Assembly: GCA_002256025.1 (NCBI GenBank)
Contig: NKIB01010224.1
Location: forward strand, 1-64,000
Reading direction: 5' to 3'
From: Asterionella formosa
Lineage: Eukaryota
DNA: 64,000 nt
Shown here: positions 57,200-64,000 of the stretch, in pieces
Layout of the letters: the number at the start of each line of letters is the position of its first letter
Position numbering within the stretch: the first letter of the stretch is position 1
Made by a program: the position numbers and the translations under genes
Notes under the pieces: generated by a model
The model's database searches: none
Told to the model about the DNA's origin: nothing
The model's input: only the letters and a program-made list of their open reading frames with translations

Positions 57200-59611
57200 A
57201 TGATCACTTCCGATAGCGACGAGGACTTCGCTTTGTCTAGCTTGAAGAAGAAGGACAAGAAGGACGCTGCTAAGAAGAAGGACGTCGCGAAGAAGAAGGA
57301 CGTCGCTAAGAAGAAGGACGTCGCTAAGAAGAAAGACGTCGCCAAGAGGAAGGACGTTGTCAAGAAGAAGGTCACCGCTGTCCCTAAGAAAACTAACTCG
57401 AAGAATGTGGCCAAACCTGATCCAGCTCCATCATCGTCTGTCACCAAGAAGCGCAAGAACGGCGACAGCGTCATCACATCGTCTCCCATCAAGAAAGTGA
57501 AAGTCGAAGGCACCCTTGCAAAGGAGCTCAAGAAAATGGAAAAGGCAGAACGCCTACAATATGCAATGCAAGCATTTCTCTGGTGGAACGCGGAGGAACT
57601 GCCCGAGGGATATCAGTGGAATACCATGGAACACGCCGGGGTTTCCTTTCCCGAGCCTTACGTGCCGCACAATATCAAGATGAAATATGATGGCAAGGAA
57701 ATAACCTTGACTCCAGTGCAAGAGGAAGCGTGAGTTATCTATTAGGCAATGTGGCACAATTATTATTGCGAGCATGATCTTTGCTCACAACTACAACGCA
57801 CCTTTTCCAACAGCATGACGTTCTATGCAGCAATGGACCCCGACGGCATGCACCTGGGCAATCCAAAGACAAGCAAAATATTTACCAAAAACTTCTTTGC
57901 AGATTTCAAGGCCACACTTGGCAAGAGTCATGTCATCAAAGATATCAGCAAATGCGACTTCGAACCCGTTCGAAAACACTTAAACGAACAAAAGATTGTC
58001 CGCAACGTCATTACTGACGTTCAGAAGAAGGCGAACAAGGACGACCGCAATCAAGTCTTGTTCAAGTTTGGGTACGCGGTGGTCGACGGACACCTGGAAA
58101 AGGTGGGAAACTACAACATGGAACCACCTGGGGCATTTAGAGGACGAGGAGAGCATCCAAAGATGGGCAAGCTCAAGTCGAGGGTCAACCCAGAACAAGT
58201 GGCATTGAATGTGTCCGAGTGTGCGCCAGTTCCCCGCTGTCCTGTCCCAGGACATTCATGGGGAGACCTGCGACATGATCCCCAAGTCCAGTGGTTAGCC
58301 CAGTGGAAGGAGAATATCAATAATCAAGTCAAGTATATGCAGTTGGCAGCACAGTCGTCGTTCAAAGGGAAGTCGGACCGGAGCAAGTATAACAAAGCAG
58401 CAGTCTTGTGCGAAAAGGTGATTCATGTAAGAGCAGCCACTCGAAAGTCTTTGAAGAGCAAGGACACGGAAGAACGTCAGTTGGCAACAGCTGTGTGGGT
58501 GATTGACAGGTTGGCTCTTCGTGTAGGTGGGGAAAAAGACACGGAAGAAGAAGCCGATACAGTTGGTTGCTGTTCTCTGCGTGTTGAGCACATGCAGTTT
58601 GACCCGAATGATGAAGGAGGCGACAACAAGGAAATTGAATTGAAGTTTTTAGGTAAGGATTCCATGTTGTACCAGCAAACGATTGACTTTGGGGCAGCAC
58701 TGTACAACGATAACAATGGGATGGGAAAGCAAGTCTACGATAATTTCAAGGGGTTTTGCAAGAGCAAGAAGAAATCAGAACAAATATTTGACAAGATCAA
58801 TCCATCCATATTGAATGTGCACTTGAAGCAGTTTATGGATGGATTGACGGCCAAGGTGTTCCGTACATACAATGCCTCGAAAACTCTACAAGATGAGTTA
58901 AAGAAAACCGAGGAGAAGAAATCCTGGCGATCGTTGACCGTTCCCGAAAAGGTGATTGCATACAATAACGCCAATCGAGAAGTTGCCATTCTTTGTAACC
59001 ATCAACGATCAGTGAGTAAGGCACAAGAAACCCAACTGGATTTGATTGGGAAGAAGCTATCCACCCTTAAGAAACAAAAGAAGCAATTGAAGATTATTCT
59101 CAAGGGCATTAACTCCGGCGAGAAGCCGAAGATTCCAATTAAGATGTCTGAAGCAGAAATGATTGAAAAGGCAAATAAGGCAGTGTTTAAGGCCAAAGAG
59201 ATGAAGGAACAAGCAAAGACGAACGAGGAGAAGATCAAAGCTACAGAACAAGATATGAAGGCGAAGCAGATGAAGCGAGACCTCAACGATCAGAAGTTCA
59301 ATCAAGCACACTTGTGGGAAAAAGAACCATCTGCAGATCAAGTCGTTAAGCGACTTCAAAACTGGACGGCCAAGATCACCAAGATGGAAATGGATCTCAA
59401 GCACAAACACGATAATAAAGAGGTTTCTTTGGGAACTTCCAAAATCAACTATATGGATCCTCGTATTTCCGTTGCTTGGTGTAAACGAAACGAAGTGCCC
59501 ATTGAAAAAATCTTTTCGAAAACGCTTCGCGACAAGTTCAATTGGGCTATGGCGGTATCGCCGGACTGGGAATTCAATGCCAATGTCGCCAAGCAACCAA
59601 AACTAGAATAG
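57200..59611 (+). CDS. TOP1: DNA topoisomerase I (type IB)
   Basis: [75 protein letters not shown], catalytic SKINYMDPR. Intron 57730-57813. Confidence 0.96.
57257..57370 (+). repeat. 18-bp coding minisatellite encoding (KKKDVA)n in TOP1
   Basis: aagaagaaggacgtcgct-type units repeated about six times. Confidence 0.85.
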
Positions 59612-59880
59612 GTAGCAAATTTAGAAAAGTGTGTTTAATACCCTTTCGCTTGAAATCAAACGCGCACAAAATGACTAGAGCAAAGAAGTCGATTTAGAAC
59701 TGAATTTTCTCGTCGCAACCTATTTTCTTCAACACTAGCACTATCGTCACCACGAATTTTTCAAAACGTACAGGATGCTATGATCAAATATCACGTGTAG
59801 TCTACATTGCATCCTATCGACACAAAAATTCAGTGCATCCAGCTCTTAGGGGGGTTCGTCATCCTCGAAAGTTCATCTTG

Positions 59881-61439
59881 CTACACCATGCCCAAACCTC
59901 GAGGTTGCAGTATCATAGCTATTGAGATGGTCAATGTAAGCCATATCGAAAGCCAACTATCCCCTCCTCCAGCTGCAGAATATGCATATGGATTCCCAGC
60001 TCCATGTGAATATGGGTAACCTGAATTTCCCTCTTGGTCATATCGTCTCTGCGGTTGGTTTCCTCCCGATCCTGGGAGATTACGTGCATAATTATCGGTG
60101 GTCGTGTCCATCATTGTATTAGATGCGAACGACGATGAAATTCCTGGTATTCCGTTGCCTCCTGTGCTAGTCGTTCCCATTCCGTTTCCTCCCATGCCAT
60201 TCGGTCCCGTTGAAATACCACCAGGTTGAGCTTGCATTCCTGATGCTCCTGTTGAGTATCTTGTGGTGCCTGCCATCGTCGAAGAAATTGAACCCGAAGT
60301 GGATGATAACAATCCCATTGTCGTCGACGGAGAATCAAAGCTGGTTGGAGTCAATTCATTGTCGCTCAAAACAATCCCGTCCTGATTGTATGATGTTAGC
60401 ACAGCATGGTGACTTCAGCTTGCATTTCAAATGTAATGTTGCCTTACCTTGTCACAATAGACCCACGTATTCGGTACAAAGTGCATTCCAGCTATATCCA
60501 ACGTACTCCCTTTGGAACCACTCGTTGCCCTGCCTTTTTTCGGATAGGCTCCGATTGCTTTCACTCCGATATCTACCGTTTGTATGTCTGCCGCGTTCTG
60601 AATTACACCGTGAACAATCACTCCTTTCCATCCTGCCATTTTCGCGCTATCGACAGCAGTTTTCGTCAAGATGGCGCTGTGCATGTTACCACCACCCTCA
60701 ATCACCAATACCTTGTTGGTGCCTGAAACTAATATTAGATGCGTAAGGAGGTCCAATTATTTAATCGCAAGAGTTTCTCACCTGGAGATTGCAACACTTT
60801 CTCAACAACTCCTGACCCTTCTACTGCTGATAAGGTTTCAACTTGACCATAAAATCCCAAAACACCACCATAGTCCTTGAATATAGCAGCATCAACTACG
60901 CGTACTTCATTACCAAATTGATTCACCAAATCAGCAGTAGCTCGGCATGGGCCATTGCACATGACTGGACCGGATGCAGCACCAGCAGTGAATCGGCTTA
61001 CTGAACCAGCGCCATAATCTGAAGCAGCCGCCAGGCCGGTACCACTTGCCATACCTCCGCTACTAGAATCAGCGGATCCTCTACTGAAGAAAGAACTGCT
61101 ACTGCCAGTTCCGTAGGGTGACGATCCTGTAGTTCCGTAGGGTGACGATCCTGTAGTTCCGTACGATCCAGTCGCTTGATAAGGGTATCTGAAATTTGAT
61201 GCGCTAGACGGGGTACTTCTTGAAGTCCCGAACCAAGAATCTCCAGCCGTTAATCCTCCATTTTTCATGGTCTGCACTCCTCTTCGAGCACTTCTTAAGG
61301 TCATGAACATAGCAATTCCTGCCAGAAACAACAACGGCTTTCGTAAGGCGCCACCGAAGGATCCCAAAAAGTCGGAAACAGATTCAAGGCAAATTTCGAT
61401 GTTGATCCGTGTCCTTTCAAAAAAGAAGGAGCGAGACAT
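59881..61439 (-). CDS. RraA/MenG-like domain protein flanked by Gly/Ser-rich linkers and two hydrophobic segments
   Basis: Introns 60723-60781 and 60382-60447 give one frame. It reads ATADL...FKDYGG...FYGQVET...LQSPGTNKVLVIEGGG...GWKGVIVHG...DIGVKAIGAYPKK...FVPNTWVYCDKDGIVLS. Hydrophobic segments are LLFLAGIAMFMTL and WLSIWLTLTISIAMIL. Confidence 0.8.
61108..61170 (-). repeat. 21-bp coding tandem repeat (SPYGTTG-type units)
   Basis: agttccgtagggtgacgatcct unit repeated about three times. Confidence 0.7.
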
Positions 61440-61828
61440 GGTGAATGGAAGGATGATTGATAGTGAACAAGGGCAAGAAAGAAGAGTGGGATAATGAATG
61501 TACACTTCAAGAAGGGACCACGATCGAGTAATAGTAGTAGACCAGAATGACCCACAGAAATTAGAAACTCTATCATTTGCTTGATGCTGGATGCCTGAGA
61601 ATAAAATAGCCTGTTCCACAGCATATATGAGCATGACATCAAGTACAGACTAACGGTATTATACCGGTATATTTCATATTATGGTTTTACTGTGGCTGGG
61701 GGTATTGGCACAAGAGATCCATGTATGTCGTAGCTAAAAGCTATTCTGATATTCTCCAGTGGTCATTCACAGCACCTCCCCAAATTCCCATCATACACAA
61801 GGTATCTCTTTCACTGGTAATAGGTGTA

Positions 61829-61923
61829 CCTGCAAGTTGCGGTAATTCTGCTGAAAATAAATACTTAGCTATCTTTATTCTACATTGAATTGTTTATTTG
61901 AAAAAATGACTTCAGCTTGCTGG
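61829..61923. mobile_element. TA-flanked ~95-bp MITE, copy 3
   Basis: TA-CCTGCAAGTTGCGGTAAT...ATGACTTCAGCTTGCTGG-TA. The interior is homologous to the reverse complement of 22653-22753. Confidence 0.7.
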
Positions 61924-64000
61924 TAACCTGGCAGGTCCGGTAGCGCACGTTTTATGCGCACCTTTTCAGTTTCGACGCACTCCAATGGATCTAATGTCTG
62001 CTGGACAAGATAGACTTGCTGGTCATTCCAGTCTCTCTTCTTTCTTCAATGTTATACTATTATCATTCATTAAATCAAACTCGTGTTCTGATCATCGAAA
62101 TCGTGTTCACCTACTACTCCTGGTAATGGTATTCAGGAACTGTATGACAATTTGCTACTGGAATTCACCAATCAGTAGCTACCTTCTAGTCATAGTCAGC
62201 AGTTTCTAGTTGTAGTCAGCAAATTCTCATCGCTTTCAGCAGATTTCTAGTCGTATCGCTCAGCAATCATAAACAAAAGATTCATTTTGAAAATTTTAAT
62301 CGACTATTAATCGACATTCAAACGAAATTTCATTTGACCTACAGATTACTGTAGTGTAGTGTGCTGCGTTCTGTAAAAGTGTCACATCTGTTCATAACTT
62401 TGTCGTTTTGAAGTGTGCATCATCATCTAAACTACATCAAGCAATGCATAGTTTGGCAACTTCAATTTTCGTTCTCAATATTAGTTTTATTACAATTATT
62501 TTTGTAGGATTGTATTATTAATGTGTGTTAGATATATTTACCAGATACCATAGCATCATTTTCATTTTCCATGGAGAATTTTTTTCTTTTCGACAGGTCA
62601 AGGCAGAGATAGCATGATGCAGGATTCTCCAGCTGCGCTCAAGAAAAAATCAAGAACTACACTGTAGTGTTTTATATCTGTAGTAGCTAGCTTGTTGATC
62701 AGTTAGTATGCCAGACAATTTTTCATCTACTTTACAAACAGATATGAAACATTGAGAAAATAATACCTAGGAAAGGGTGCAGTAGCTCAAAATGCAAAAT
62801 AATACCATAACTTATTTGACTTTTATGTATGTACTTCATTTCGTGGGGGTTCATATTCATATGGAATCTTGATTAAGTCATTTCGAAGTTACCTATAGAT
62901 ATACACAATTACATGCAACAATATGTTGCTTTTTCCTTAGGGGACTTTGATGCTAAAATGCAAATTCTAATTCCCCCAACCAATGGTTTGTGCATTTTCA
63001 GACACTTTCATGCTCAAAAATTGTATTCTTTCTTGTGGACAAACAGAGGCTATCCCCATAGTGATGTATATGGTTTACTATGCATATAGGGTTGCCAGTA
63101 TCCTTGATCATATTTTTTTCCTGTAGACCTTGGTACCAGGGTACTTCCGCTCAGTATTTTGTAATGTCAGGGCATTATTTTTCGGCTTCACTTGGATGTA
63201 GCATGACAGTTTGTAGTCCATCCATGAAACTGACTGTCACCTCATTGAATGTAAAGTCGCACATTTCTATCAACCCTCTGATGCCAAAAGCTTTGCTCAT
63301 TTTCCATACCATGCATGGACTTGAGGCAATCATCATAATTGAGGTAAGGCTGCATCCAGAGTGCTTGTAGCTTCCTATCTTTTTCTTGAGTGAACAGCAG
63401 CAACACCATGGGTTTGTGACCATATTCCAATGGATAGTGCTTGGCAGTGATTGTTGCCATAATTTATAAAGTATGCTTGAATCTCACCATCACCATTGAA
63501 ATCCTGTGACAGTGAGTATGGTATGCCTTGATAGGAGAAGCATTAGAAGAGATCTTTCAGCATGGTTTGGGCGGTGTTTGGTTGATACATTACCGCGTTG
63601 CGACGGCTTTGTCAGAAGCACTTTCAAGGATGAACAGCAATTTTTCTTGAAGAATTTGGTTGCAAACCAAATGACAACAGTGTTGATTATGTCTTTGGTG
63701 GCATTATTTCAAAAGCCACAGCAATGTAGATAGAATCGACAGACTGGCTGGTTTTGATTCTCCAGATCCTGTTCCATTGATGCAAGCAAGCCCAAACAAG
63801 GTTTGATTTTTGGCAAGGGTTTCAAAAAACTTGATTCAATGATGGTAAGTGCCTTGGTGTATCTGTTTGTGTTGTGCAACAGGTTCCTAGTAGCATTTGT
63901 TTGTGTAGTAGGTGGCAAGCATGAGCTCCAGCATGAGTAGCAACAATGGCAGCAGCTCTTCGTAGTACCTTGAATCAGAATCAGATGTCATGCTGCTGTT

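Noticed and set aside
59430..59470. Camptothecin-resistance-type substitutions in TOP1
   Set aside because: The FRGRG, GKDS and Asn-Tyr (SKINY) positions are all canonical.
62000..64000. Short ORFs near the window end
   Set aside because: They are fragmented across frames in CpG-poor sequence with no identifiable domain. Possibly a TE relic, but unsupported.

Overview
This window is eukaryotic nuclear DNA, very probably from a diatom. The evidence is short GT-AG introns, bipartite signal+transit plastid presequences, and diatom-type Copia and Gypsy remnants. About 23 protein-coding genes can be reconstructed. They include snRNP27, a plastid methyltransferase, AP-1 gamma adaptin, V-ATPase subunit d, a G-alpha, RPS29, Vps45, a PNPO-like protein, Erv1, a PHT1/Pho84-like MFS transporter, the Atx1 copper chaperone, Sec24, a Gfo/Idh/MocA reductase, an FSH1 hydrolase, a DUF3605 protein, RPB4 and topoisomerase I. 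Decayed transposons lie between them: Copia and Gypsy remnants, one full-length and one eroded PIF/Harbinger, and a TA-flanked MITE family. The most unusual items are: (1) a head-to-head pair of ~1115-aa presequence-protease (M16C) homologues that have lost most catalytic residues and gained an N-terminal membrane anchor; (2) a tRNA-headed SINE-like insertion with a 21-bp target duplication; (3) a membrane-tethered, catalytically degenerate RraA-like protein; (4) an RPS29 lacking three of four zinc ligands; (5) a phosphate-transporter homologue missing its proton-relay acidic residues; and (6) a GGTACC/TACCGGTA/(TACCAGG)n motif concentrated upstream of genes. All family assignments come from motif recognition by eye; no searches were run.
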